Assembly: GCA_050246815.1 (NCBI GenBank)
Contig: JBFWVI010000014.1
Span: forward strand, 1-62,038
Direction: 5' to 3'
From: Bdellovibrionales bacterium
Lineage (GTDB): Bacteria > Bdellovibrionota > Bdellovibrionia > Bdellovibrionales > UBA1609
Length of the DNA stretch: 62,038 bases
Below are positions 8,580 to 17,396 of the stretch, piece by piece (position 1 is the stretch's first letter; every line of letters begins with the position of its first letter). Below the pieces are notes generated by a model that was not told the DNA's origin, ran no database searches, and saw only the letters and a program-made list of their open reading frames with translations. A program made the translations under genes and the position numbers.

Positions 8580-10490
8580 TCAACGAAAGAAAAACAGCAT
8601 CTCTAGTCGTGATTCCCAAAAATTCCATTCGGGATGATCTTTGGGAATATGCAGCAGATTGGTCTGTCGCAGCTCGCGATTTCTGCTTAAAGAGTAAGCA
8701 TGCCCAAAGTTCAGGGTGGTCACATAGTCCGCACGCTCTTTTTGCCCTAGGTCCCAGCGTTGAAGTGCAGAAAGTGTGGCTTTATAGTCGTCGCCTAGAC
8801 GCGCCAACACCCCCAACTCGACTTGTGGTCCAAGACGATAGCCACGGTTCAAGCCGCTATAGAATTCCACTTTCGCTCCGGCCAAGGTATATGCCAAAAG
8901 ATGACCGGATCTTAACAATGTTGACACGCCCACGCCGCCTTCGCTGCTTAAATGTCGGCAGGTGTCACAACCATAGTCCCGGGCCGTGAACAGTTGCGTT
9001 CGCATGCGCCATGAATAGCGCTTGTCGATCGCAGTTATGGCTGGCAATGAAGTGATGGCAATAACACCCAACTCTTCAAGTCGAAATTGCTTCAACAAGT
9101 CGTCGTACTGCCCCTCAATCCAGGGAAAATCAAGCTGTGAAAAATGATTGAAGCCTAAATCTTTATTGAGCAAGTCATGATAGGCCGCCTTCAAACGAAG
9201 GCCGATCGCGCCCGCGTCTTGGCTTTCTCGGCCGCGCCATGCGCCGGTGGTGGCAAAAGTGTAGGTGTCGTGTCCCAGTTCAGGTTGCGTGTCGGCTTCG
9301 ATCAAAGGTAAGCGCTTGATCTCTTCATCTGTGGTCACACCCAAAGTGGCGCGGTAAGACAACAGCTTCTCACGACGTTGTTCATACACTTTTTTGTAAT
9401 CCGCTTTGGCCTCGTTGCGCCGATAATCATAATAAGCCGCCACTGCATCCAGCACAAAACGCGAACGACTTTCTTCGGCCGGCTTATGCCCGTCGACAAT
9501 GGCAAAAAATTCTTTGCGCTCGGCTTTGGTCATCGCCGCGTAACGCTGATGAATTTTTTTGTAAGACGATGGTCGAAACTTGATTTGACGAATCACTCCG
9601 GGTTCGTAGGCCAAGTTTTTAACACTTTCTCCCGGAATCATGCTGATTTTATAATCCAAGATTTTCCATTCCGGGCGAATCGCGGCGATGACCTCTAAAA
9701 TCTGATAAGCGCAGTTTTCATCGAAAAAATAATAATCAAAGACGGTGTTGGTCTCAAGCTCCCAAACGTGGGCCAAGAATCGCCGCACTTCCTGAGGAGA
9801 AAAATTTAGCTCATACTCCCACAAGTCGCGGCTTTCAAAGTGGGAGTATTCATTGACTTTGACATAGTAGGGTTGCGTCGACCAAACCCCAAGATACCCG
9901 CCGAAGATGCCCCGCCACGCAAAAGCCAATCCCCCTTCGTCCTTTGCCACCATGGCCGCGTAGTTTAAACCGCTGTCCAAAAGGTCATTTTGGCGCGAGG
10001 CATGAATTTTTAAAAACGTGTGCCCGAACATCGACGCCGGATTGTTGGGGTAGGCACTTGAAAACACCAAACTGATCGCCTTTGGATCGTTGAACATCGC
10101 CATGTATTTGTCGAATAATTCACATTGGCGTTTAGGAAATTGAACTTTGAATCGCTCCTCTAAAAACCGTCGACGCTCCGGAAATGCGCAATAGGGAGGT
10201 TGTTTGAGCTTGCCGATGGGCTGCTCCCCACCTAACCCCAGCCAAGTGGCACGCAGTTCAGCTTCGGGGTTGGTTTTACCATCCGGCGCGAAAAAGAACC
10301 CACGGCCATCCGCCAAAGAACGAAGGCGCCCATACCAACTGCGTTGATAGTGGATCAGACGCTGCCACCCGGGTGAACGCGCCACCTCACTCAATTCAGT
10401 ATCGGCTGGCAAAGGCGGCACTTGCGCCCATGCGGTTAAGCCATGACCACCTAAGACCAGCGCCCACAGCCAGTGTCGTAAAAATCTCAT
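8580..10490 (-). CDS. DUF4105 (Lnb N-terminal-like) domain protein with C-terminal beta-barrel-like region
   Basis: Signal peptide; PASMFGHTFLKI, RDLWEYELN and YYFFDENCAY motifs; amphipathic beta-rich C-terminus ending in an aromatic-rich strand. Confidence 0.82.
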   Translation of the reverse strand: MRFLRHWLWALVLGGHGLTAWAQVPPLPADTELSEVARSPGWQRLIHYQRSWYGRLRSLADGRGFFFAPDGKTNPEAELRATWLGLGGEQPIGKLKQPPYCAFPERRRFLEERFKVQFPKRQCELFDKYMAMFNDPKAISLVFSSAYPNNPASMFGHTFLKIHASRQNDLLDSGLNYAAMVAKDEGGLAFAWRGIFGGYLGVWSTQPYYVKVNEYSHFESRDLWEYELNFSPQEVRRFLAHVWELETNTVFDYYFFDENCAYQILEVIAAIRPEWKILDYKISMIPGESVKNLAYEPGVIRQIKFRPSSYKKIHQRYAAMTKAERKEFFAIVDGHKPAEESRSRFVLDAVAAYYDYRRNEAKADYKKVYEQRREKLLSYRATLGVTTDEEIKRLPLIEADTQPELGHDTYTFATTGAWRGRESQDAGAIGLRLKAAYHDLLNKDLGFNHFSQLDFPWIEGQYDDLLKQFRLEELGVIAITSLPAITAIDKRYSWRMRTQLFTARDYGCDTCRHLSSEGGVGVSTLLRSGHLLAYTLAGAKVEFYSGLNRGYRLGPQVELGVLARLGDDYKATLSALQRWDLGQKERADYVTTLNFGHAYSLSRNRELRQTNLLHIPKDHPEWNFWESRLEMLFFFR

Positions 10491-10549
10491 CGGCGCATTG
10501 GACTTCAAATTGGCAAAGCTTGTCAATTTCAGTAAGGTTCCAAACCATC

Positions 10550-11425
10550 ATGACACATCTGCACAAACCCTTGGGGCCCAACTGCATGCCAATTTTGATC
10601 GCCATGGCCACTTGGTTTTTGTGTGGCTGCAGCAGCTTTTTGTATCAACCCACACGACAACGCTATGTGGACCCAGCAAAACTAGAGCACCCGCCCCACG
10701 AAATTCATTTTCATGATGTGAATGGAACGGATCTTGTCGCCTGGCACTTCAAACCCAAAAGTCCGGCCAAAGCTCGTTTGGTGTTTTTCCATGGCAACGC
10801 GCAAAATATCTCTTCGCACTTTGTCTCGCTTTATTGGCTGGTGGATCAAGGATATGAATTTTTAATTTTTGATTATCCGGGGTATGGCATTAGCACAGGT
10901 GCCCCCACCCCAAAGAACACCATCGAAGCGGGTGTGGCCGCTTTGCAGTGGCTTTATGGGCAGCAGCCCGCGCGGCCCTTGGCAGTCTTTGGGCAAAGCT
11001 TGGGGGGGGCGGTGGCCCTGCGAGCGGCCGTTCAAGTGAAGGGCCAAATCCCATTGTGCTTGGTGACGGTGGATTCGACTTTCACGTCTTATAAAAAAGC
11101 GGCACGCGATTTGTTGGCCACCCATTGGGCCACCTGGCTTTTTCAACCACTGGCCGGCCTGACCTTAAGCGATCGCTTCGCGCCAGATAAACATATCGGC
11201 AAGTTGGCACCCATTCCACTGACCGTGATCCATGGTGAAAAAGACTCCATCGTCCACCCCCGTCATGGTCGCGAAGTATTTGAACAAGCCGGCCAACCCA
11301 AAGAATTTTGGTTGGTGCCGCAAGGGCAACACATCGGCGTGTTTAATGGTGCAAACCGAGAAATTTTTCGAGCCCGCTTTTTGAAAAGCTTAAATCAACA
11401 CTGTTCTGCGAAGGTCACCCCATGA
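10550..11425 (+). CDS. Alpha/beta hydrolase lipoprotein (YfhR/Bem46-like)
   Basis: Lipobox FLCGC; FFHGNAQN, DYPGYG, GQSLGG and IHGEKD motifs. Start is 10550 or 10586. Confidence 0.85.
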   Translation: MTHLHKPLGPNCMPILIAMATWFLCGCSSFLYQPTRQRYVDPAKLEHPPHEIHFHDVNGTDLVAWHFKPKSPAKARLVFFHGNAQNISSHFVSLYWLVDQGYEFLIFDYPGYGISTGAPTPKNTIEAGVAALQWLYGQQPARPLAVFGQSLGGAVALRAAVQVKGQIPLCLVTVDSTFTSYKKAARDLLATHWATWLFQPLAGLTLSDRFAPDKHIGKLAPIPLTVIHGEKDSIVHPRHGREVFEQAGQPKEFWLVPQGQHIGVFNGANREIFRARFLKSLNQHCSAKVTP

Positions 11426-12138
11426 ACATCGTTTTGTTCGAACCCCATGAACTGCGGGGCTCACAACTGATTTTGACCGACCGGCGCGCCGAACACTTGC
11501 GTCAGATTTTAAAAGTTGCAAAGGGTGATCAAATCAAAGTGGGGCAGCTCAATGGACTGACCGGCTTGGGTCAGGTGAGCGAGCTCCAAGATGAACATGT
11601 GTTGTTAAACCTGCAAAATCTTGATTCTCCACCGCCGCCGCCTCTTCGGGTGAAAGTGATTTTGGCGTTGCCACGACCAAAAGTTTTGCCTCGTGCTTTG
11701 AAAAGCCTAACCGAAATGGGCGTTAAAGAAATCATCTTGCTTAATGCCGCAAAAGTTGAAAAGCCCTACTGGCAAGCTCAGCAGTTAACCCATCCGAAAA
11801 TTGAACACGCCCTGCGCTTGGGGCTTGAGCAATCGGGTGACACCCTATTGCCGCAAGTTTTTCTGCAGCCGCGCTTTCGACCCTTTGTCGAAGATCGGCT
11901 TAAGGATTTCAGCTCTGGCACCCAAGGCTGGGTGGCCCACCCTTACTGCAAGCAGGCACTCTTGACAGAGTCCAACACCAGCCAAGCCCTGACCTTGGCC
12001 ATAGGCCCAGAGGGTGGCTGGGTCGATTTTGAGCTTTCTCTGTTTGAACAGCAAGGATTCAAGCTCGGCCACATCGGGCCACGTACCCTGTCTGTGACAA
12101 CTGCGCTGATTGCGCTTTTAAGCCGGGTGCGCCCTTAA
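11422..12138 (+). CDS. rsmE: 16S rRNA m3U1498 methyltransferase RsmE
   Basis: HLRQILK, EMGV, EQSG, AIGPEGGW and GPRTL SPOUT motifs; ATGA overlap with the upstream gene. Confidence 0.9.
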   Translation: MNIVLFEPHELRGSQLILTDRRAEHLRQILKVAKGDQIKVGQLNGLTGLGQVSELQDEHVLLNLQNLDSPPPPPLRVKVILALPRPKVLPRALKSLTEMGVKEIILLNAAKVEKPYWQAQQLTHPKIEHALRLGLEQSGDTLLPQVFLQPRFRPFVEDRLKDFSSGTQGWVAHPYCKQALLTESNTSQALTLAIGPEGGWVDFELSLFEQQGFKLGHIGPRTLSVTTALIALLSRVRP

Positions 12139-12944
12139 TTCTGCGGTCGTAAAATCTTAGCGGCGATTTTGGTCGCCATATTCATCGGCACCATGCGGTT
12201 TGAAAAGGCCATGACTTTATTGAGCACGCCCGCGATTGCGAAACTTTCGCCATTTTTCATCAAGGCCAAGCCCTTGGCCGCGACCTGTTCGGCGCTGGCT
12301 TTGTGTATACGGCTTAATCCCTTGGAGTGTCCTGTGTCCGCGTGCGAGTGAAACTCGGATTCCGTCATGCCGGGGCAAAGCACACTCACGGTGACCCCGG
12401 TGCCGCGCAGCTCTTCGTTCAAAGCCAGACTCAAAGAAAGCACATACGCCTTGGTCGCCGAATACACCGCAAAGTAAGGGCCGGGCTGAAACGCCGCGGT
12501 CGAAGCCACATTCAAAACCCGACCGAATCCCTGCTGAATGAAACGGGGGATCATAACGGCCGTCAGGTGATTCAGTGCCATCACATTCAGGCGAATCATA
12601 TTGTGTTGCACGGCCCAATCCTGCCGGTCAAAACGCTTCAAGTCGCCGACGCCCGCATTGTTGATCAAACCCGTGATGGGCAAATCGGCAATCGCACCTA
12701 AAACTTTGCTGACACCTTCTTCGGTCGACAAATCCGCCATCACGGTCTTGACCTTCAGCGCTGAGGCCGCCGCGGACATACTGCTGATCTGCTGACTCAA
12801 TTTCTCAAGCCGATCAAGGCGACGCGCCACCAGCACCAGTGGTTGCCCCTGCTGGGCCAATTGCAAAGCCATCGCACGGCCAATCCCACTGGATGCGCCG
12901 GTGACAATCACATAACCCGATTTTAAATCTTGAATTTGCGCCAT
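12135..12944 (-). CDS. Short-chain dehydrogenase/reductase (DltE-like)
   Basis: TGASSGIG, NNAG and YSATK motifs. Confidence 0.92.
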   Translation of the reverse strand: MAQIQDLKSGYVIVTGASSGIGRAMALQLAQQGQPLVLVARRLDRLEKLSQQISSMSAAASALKVKTVMADLSTEEGVSKVLGAIADLPITGLINNAGVGDLKRFDRQDWAVQHNMIRLNVMALNHLTAVMIPRFIQQGFGRVLNVASTAAFQPGPYFAVYSATKAYVLSLSLALNEELRGTGVTVSVLCPGMTESEFHSHADTGHSKGLSRIHKASAEQVAAKGLALMKNGESFAIAGVLNKVMAFSNRMVPMNMATKIAAKILRPQN

Positions 12945-12953
12945 GACTCTCCC

Positions 12954-13751
12954 CTATTTGACGACGGATTCGACCAGCTCTTGCCAGACGATCTCTGGCA
13001 GCAGGCTACTGCCCAACAGTAAAACTGGCAACTGTCCTCGGGCACGCTCTTTGCCCACTGCGGATGGAAATAAGCCATGGCCCCCGATTTTGCTGAACCA
13101 GGTCTCACGCACCCGCAAAGAATTGCTGACGATAGTCAATGGCTCACGCGTCTGGCGCTTGTCCGGACTGGCGTGGCGAGCCAAGGGTTTGCGGCTTTGA
13201 CCGAACTCGTAACGACTCAGCAATTGCACATGGGCACCGCTTTTACGTTCGTCCAAGGTTTGATAGCCCAGCTCGACTTGATGGCGCGCCTTGCCTTTAC
13301 CCGGCACACGCGAAGTCCACACCACGTCGACGGCACCGCTTAAAAAACGCTCTTCAAGCTCGGTCTGGTCCAACACATCAAGGTGGATCAACCTCCAGTG
13401 CGGATGTTTGACCAGTCTGCCCATCTGTTGCACCGCTAGGTCGACCAGTCCCTCTAAACAGGCTGCTTTTAGCTCGCGGACGATGGCCCCGCTGAGCATT
13501 TCTTGCATTGAACGGGCCATGCGATGTTCGGTGTGGTCAAACAGTTGCGCCAATCTATGCGCCAGTGAAGTCCAATTGGTTTTGCGTCGAACGCCACGAT
13601 CCAAAAGAACAACACCCAAACCTTCTTCAAGTTGGCCGATTAAACGCGACAGCTGAGGCTGACTGAGTCCCACGTGTTGGCTGGCGGCGGTCAAATTTTG
13701 AAAGTGCACCGCGCGGCTTAAAACTGAGAGATGACGATACCAAATGGTCAT
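12954..13751 (-). CDS. LysR-family transcriptional regulator
   Basis: N-terminal HTH NLTAASQHVGLSQPQLSRLIGQLEEGLGVVLLDR; divergent from the gene at 13858. Confidence 0.85.
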   Translation of the reverse strand: MTIWYRHLSVLSRAVHFQNLTAASQHVGLSQPQLSRLIGQLEEGLGVVLLDRGVRRKTNWTSLAHRLAQLFDHTEHRMARSMQEMLSGAIVRELKAACLEGLVDLAVQQMGRLVKHPHWRLIHLDVLDQTELEERFLSGAVDVVWTSRVPGKGKARHQVELGYQTLDERKSGAHVQLLSRYEFGQSRKPLARHASPDKRQTREPLTIVSNSLRVRETWFSKIGGHGLFPSAVGKERARGQLPVLLLGSSLLPEIVWQELVESVVK

Positions 13752-13857
13752 TTTTAATTATGTATCAAATGAATATTTAGTTGTGAAACATTCATTTTCC
13801 AAATTCATCCTCGAGGCGTAAAACTGTTTCAGCAATAAAAACCTCGGGGGAGGGAAT

Positions 13858-14325
13858 ATGACAAAAGCCATTCTCATCAGCATCCTGACACTGATCGGAT
13901 CTCAAGCCATGGCAGACGGTTTCGTTTGCCGCTCCACAGAAGAATCCTTGGCACTAGCGGTATTTAACCAGACAACGACACCCGCTACCCGTAGTGCTGA
14001 AATCATGGTGATCAGCGACCCTCAGATTGGCTTTGGACATCAGACAATTGCCCGCTTTACCAAGGACACCGGAACACTGACAAACAGGGGCGCGCATTAT
14101 GTGGGCACAGTGAACCCCTTGGTTCCTGACAGCTCGCGCAAAGGTGAAAACATTGCCGGCACCAAGATGGGTCAATTAAAAGAGGTCCAACTTCACGTCG
14201 ACTTCACGTACAGCCGCCCTGTGCCTGAAGGCGAAGAGCTCGAAGGCACCCTGACCTTAGTGAAACTCAATGGAGAGTTGATCGAATTAGAAATGGAATG
14301 TCTGCGTTATCTAAAGGGCGAATAG
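13858..14325 (+). CDS. Secreted hypothetical protein (probable LysR target)
   Basis: GGAGGG SD, signal peptide ending AMA, and two Cys at the ends of a beta-rich domain. Confidence 0.8.
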   Translation: MTKAILISILTLIGSQAMADGFVCRSTEESLALAVFNQTTTPATRSAEIMVISDPQIGFGHQTIARFTKDTGTLTNRGAHYVGTVNPLVPDSSRKGENIAGTKMGQLKEVQLHVDFTYSRPVPEGEELEGTLTLVKLNGELIELEMECLRYLKGE

Positions 14326-14355
14326 CGCTTCACAAGACCAAGGTCTGGATTTCAT

Positions 14356-14390
14356 GGCGGCGGCTTGGCCAACAACCAAGTCGCCGTTTT
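14356..14390 (+). terminator. Putative terminator hairpin after the gene at 13858
   Basis: 13-bp stem with 3 G-U pairs (GGCGGCGGCTTGG/CCAAGTCGCCGTT) and a short T run. Confidence 0.55.
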
Positions 14391-14399
14391 ACTTAAGAC

Positions 14400-15074
14400 A
14401 TGACTCTTTCAAACGCTTGGTCCCGATATGCCGCCGCCCTGACCGCCCTTTTGCTGATTGGTTGCGCAGAGTCGTACAACGGCCCCCTGGCTGACAAGCC
14501 GATCAAAACCGAAACGGATGAACGGGGCCAAACACGTGTGGTCACTTTGTTCAATCACCTGACTGAAAACGGCGTGCCCGCAGTCCCCCTTGACCAGGCC
14601 ATGCAATTCTTCGATGCCCACAAAGATCAAATCGACAATCAAGATTGGCTCAGCATCAATGATTTCAGCGTCCACTCGGGGCATCCCCGCATGTTTGTGA
14701 TCAATCTAAAAACCGGCGAAGTCGACCGTTTGTTCGTCGCCCACGGCATCGGCTCAGACCCGGGGCGCACCGGTGTGGCACGGACCTTTTCGGATGATCC
14801 CAACTCATTGATGACCTCACTTGGATTTTATTTGGTGAACGAGTCCTATCAAGGTAAATGGGGACTTTCAGCACGCCTTGATGGCTTACAAGATTCCAAC
14901 TCGAATGCGCGTGAGCGAGCCGTGGTTCTGCATGGCGCCACCTATGTGGACGGCTCATGGCCCACCATGGGTTGGACCGAGGGCTGCCCTGCCGTCGAGA
15001 TGAAGTGGATCGAAACTTTGGTTTATCGGTTACGAGGCCGTAGCTTGCTTTATCACTACGTCGAAGGTCTTTAA
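14400..15074 (+). CDS. Murein L,D-transpeptidase catalytic-domain lipoprotein (YkuD_2-like)
   Basis: Lipobox LLIGC; VAHGIGS, TSLGFY, NSNARERAVVLHGA and GCPAV motifs. Confidence 0.85.
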   Translation: MTLSNAWSRYAAALTALLLIGCAESYNGPLADKPIKTETDERGQTRVVTLFNHLTENGVPAVPLDQAMQFFDAHKDQIDNQDWLSINDFSVHSGHPRMFVINLKTGEVDRLFVAHGIGSDPGRTGVARTFSDDPNSLMTSLGFYLVNESYQGKWGLSARLDGLQDSNSNARERAVVLHGATYVDGSWPTMGWTEGCPAVEMKWIETLVYRLRGRSLLYHYVEGL

Positions 15075-15108
15075 GTCTTTAAGACATGAACTGGAACGAG
15101 GGCTATTT

Positions 15109-15729
15109 TCATTCCTTAGCCAAAGAAAGTTGCGCAGGCAGCTGCAAACGTTGCTCATTCGCCACTGCCGCAAAATTTAAATTTTCCGCTCGCAACGCGA
15201 TGCCAGGTTGATCCCACACCTGACCACCATAAAGTTCATCGCCCAAAATAGAATAACCATGGCGATACATTTCAACCCGCAGCTGATGGGATCGACCGGT
15301 TTTGGGCTGAAGCTTCCAGCGCCAAAAATCACCGTCTGGCCCCAAACATTGCGCCATGGTCAGTGACGGCTGGCCATGCTCAGCGACAAAGGCCCTGCGT
15401 TTGCCACGCACCAATTTGCACTTCCACTCGTTTTCTTGCATAAACTGCGCGGCCACAGGCCCAAGACTTAAAGCGCCATATGTCTTCACCACCAGATGGT
15501 CTTCAAACCAACGGTTGGCGCGCCGGTGAGCCTCGGCGCTCAAGGCGAATAGCACTAGACCAGACACCTCAAAATCCAAGCGATGCACAGGCCACAAGCG
15601 CAAACCAAGCCTTCTTTCAAGCTCGCGGCCCAAACAAGGGCGCATGTCATCCGTACCCTGACGCGAAGGCACGGTCAGCCAATCCGCAGGCTTATCCACC
15701 GCCAGCCAGTTCTCATTTTGCCAGACCAC
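15109..15729 (-). CDS. RluA-family RNA pseudouridine synthase
   Basis: VDKP, VHRLDFEVSG, TGRSHQLR and ILGDELYG motifs. The exact start is uncertain. Confidence 0.9.
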   Translation of the reverse strand: MVWQNENWLAVDKPADWLTVPSRQGTDDMRPCLGRELERRLGLRLWPVHRLDFEVSGLVLFALSAEAHRRANRWFEDHLVVKTYGALSLGPVAAQFMQENEWKCKLVRGKRRAFVAEHGQPSLTMAQCLGPDGDFWRWKLQPKTGRSHQLRVEMYRHGYSILGDELYGGQVWDQPGIALRAENLNFAAVANEQRLQLPAQLSLAKE

Positions 15730-15742
15730 TGTGATTTCGATG

Positions 15743-16315
15743 TTACTCTCCTCTTAGAAAATCAGAAAGGCGGCGGCGCGGGTAACGAGCATCGACCTCG
15801 GCTTTAGACGCCGAAGTGCGATGATTCACGCCGGGCAAGCCACGAGCGTAGTACTTATAACCCAGCTGCACAAAGTCACGCAGATATTCTGCTGCGGGAA
15901 TTACGCGCACCTCGGTTTGCGGCCCCAGACGCAGTTCCCCCCAAGTTTTTTCTTTAAAATACCGATTCATCCGAACTTGTGGAACCCCGTTCTTCTCATC
16001 CAAGTCCCGCGGATCAAAGATGAGCCCTTTATAAAGCAGCACCACATGAAAATCGAACCCCAGAAAAGGTCCCAAATAAAGAATTTCGGCTTGATCCACT
16101 TCAAATCTCTCTTGGCGCGACAAGGCTTGTAGCAGGCAAAACACGTTTCGGTAACACTGAAGCGAGGCATACTCTTTGAGGGTGGGCCGTTTGAGCGACC
16201 TCTCGCACCGTGACAAAACGGCTTCTGCCCGGATTGAGCAAAAAAAGACCAGGGCTGTCAATAAAACAGACAGCGGCCGCCGGCCCAAACTTAATAGGGG
16301 CAAAGAAAAACCCAT
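15743..16315 (-). CDS. Secreted NTAQ1/WDYHV-like Cys-His-Asp amidase (putative)
   Basis: Hydrophobic signal segment; CYRNVFCL, FDFHVVLL, IFDP and RVIPAAEYLRDF occur in the same order as the NTAQ1 motifs. Confidence 0.6.
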   Translation of the reverse strand: MGFSLPLLSLGRRPLSVLLTALVFFCSIRAEAVLSRCERSLKRPTLKEYASLQCYRNVFCLLQALSRQERFEVDQAEILYLGPFLGFDFHVVLLYKGLIFDPRDLDEKNGVPQVRMNRYFKEKTWGELRLGPQTEVRVIPAAEYLRDFVQLGYKYYARGLPGVNHRTSASKAEVDARYPRRRLSDFLRGE

Positions 16316-16382
16316 ACCATGGTTCGTGTTGCGAAGAATGTACCGATCCCGCTATACTGGCCCCTTTCCGGGAGCATCCACC

Positions 16383-17396
16383 TTGGCTGTCATCATAGAA
16401 ACCTCCGGCTTGTCACGCACCTACCAGACCTACAAAAAGCCAGAAGGGCTATGGAATTCTGTGCGCGGCTTTTGGAACCGAAAATACGAGCAAAAAATCG
16501 CCCTCAGCCCCACCGACCTCAAAATCGAAGACGGTCAAATCGTCGGTCTGGTCGGCGCCAATGGCGCGGGCAAAACCACCCTGCTTAAACTTCTTTGCGG
16601 TTTGATTCATCCCTCAAGTGGAACCGCCAAAGTTCTTGGCGTTTCGCCATGGGAACGCCAGCGCGATTTTTTAAAACACATCAGCATTTTACTGGGTCAA
16701 AAAAATCAATTGTGGTGGGATATACCGCCGGCCGACAGCTTTGAATTGTTGGCGCGGATTTATGACATTCCATTTGATGAAGCCAAGAAACGGGTGAAAG
16801 AGCTGGCCGAACTTTTAAAATGCACCGAACAGCTGCATGTGCAACTGCGCCGCCTGTCTTTGGGCGAACGCATGAAGATGGAAATCATCGGCAGCCTTTT
16901 GCATCGCCCGAAAGTTTTATTTTTAGACGAACCCACCATCGGTTTGGACATCGTCGCCCAAAGTACGATTCGCGATTTTTTATCACGCTATGTGCAGCAG
17001 TACCGGCCCACCATCATCTTGACCAGCCACTACATGGACGACATTAGTAAGCTAGCCGACCGTCTGCTGCTGATCAGCCGAGGCCGCATTGTGTACGACG
17101 GCACCGTGGCGAGTTTTGTCAGCCAAGCCGAAATCTCACAGAAACTTTCGATGCGACTCGAAACCCCTTTGAGCCACGATTTACCGATTATGGACGGTGT
17201 GACATTGAGTGCCGGCAGCCAAATTATTGAAATGGAATTGCCCGCTAAAAAAGTGGGCCAGGCCCTAGAGAAAATTTTAAGTCGGTCACCCGTGCAGGAC
17301 TTAAAAGTAGAAGAAGCAGGATTTGAGGATGTTATTCACCGGTTTTTGGAGAAAGACGATCGGCACGGCCCGGTTGGCAATTCTCTCACAATTTGA
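16383..17396 (+). CDS. ABC-2 type transporter ATP-binding protein
   Basis: GANGAGKTT, LSLGERM, LFLDEPTIGLD and TSH motifs; TTG start after GGGAG. Confidence 0.92.
   Translation: MAVIIETSGLSRTYQTYKKPEGLWNSVRGFWNRKYEQKIALSPTDLKIEDGQIVGLVGANGAGKTTLLKLLCGLIHPSSGTAKVLGVSPWERQRDFLKHISILLGQKNQLWWDIPPADSFELLARIYDIPFDEAKKRVKELAELLKCTEQLHVQLRRLSLGERMKMEIIGSLLHRPKVLFLDEPTIGLDIVAQSTIRDFLSRYVQQYRPTIILTSHYMDDISKLADRLLLISRGRIVYDGTVASFVSQAEISQKLSMRLETPLSHDLPIMDGVTLSAGSQIIEMELPAKKVGQALEKILSRSPVQDLKVEEAGFEDVIHRFLEKDDRHGPVGNSLTI

Noticed and set aside
16330..16345. Sigma54 promoter for the NTAQ1-like gene (CGGTACATTCTTCGCA, minus strand)
   Set aside because: Spacing is right, but both flanking consensus positions deviate; too weak to call.
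16176..16382. Long N-terminal extensions in the ORF track (ABC ATPase; also 10373, 19755, 29058, 30539, 30554 and 32643)
   Set aside because: They overlap neighbouring genes or promoters, and downstream starts fit SD position and family N-termini better.
17329..17396. 68-nt overlap of the ABC ATPase and permease genes as a frameshift or pseudogene
   Set aside because: Both proteins appear complete, so no lesion is needed to explain the overlap.
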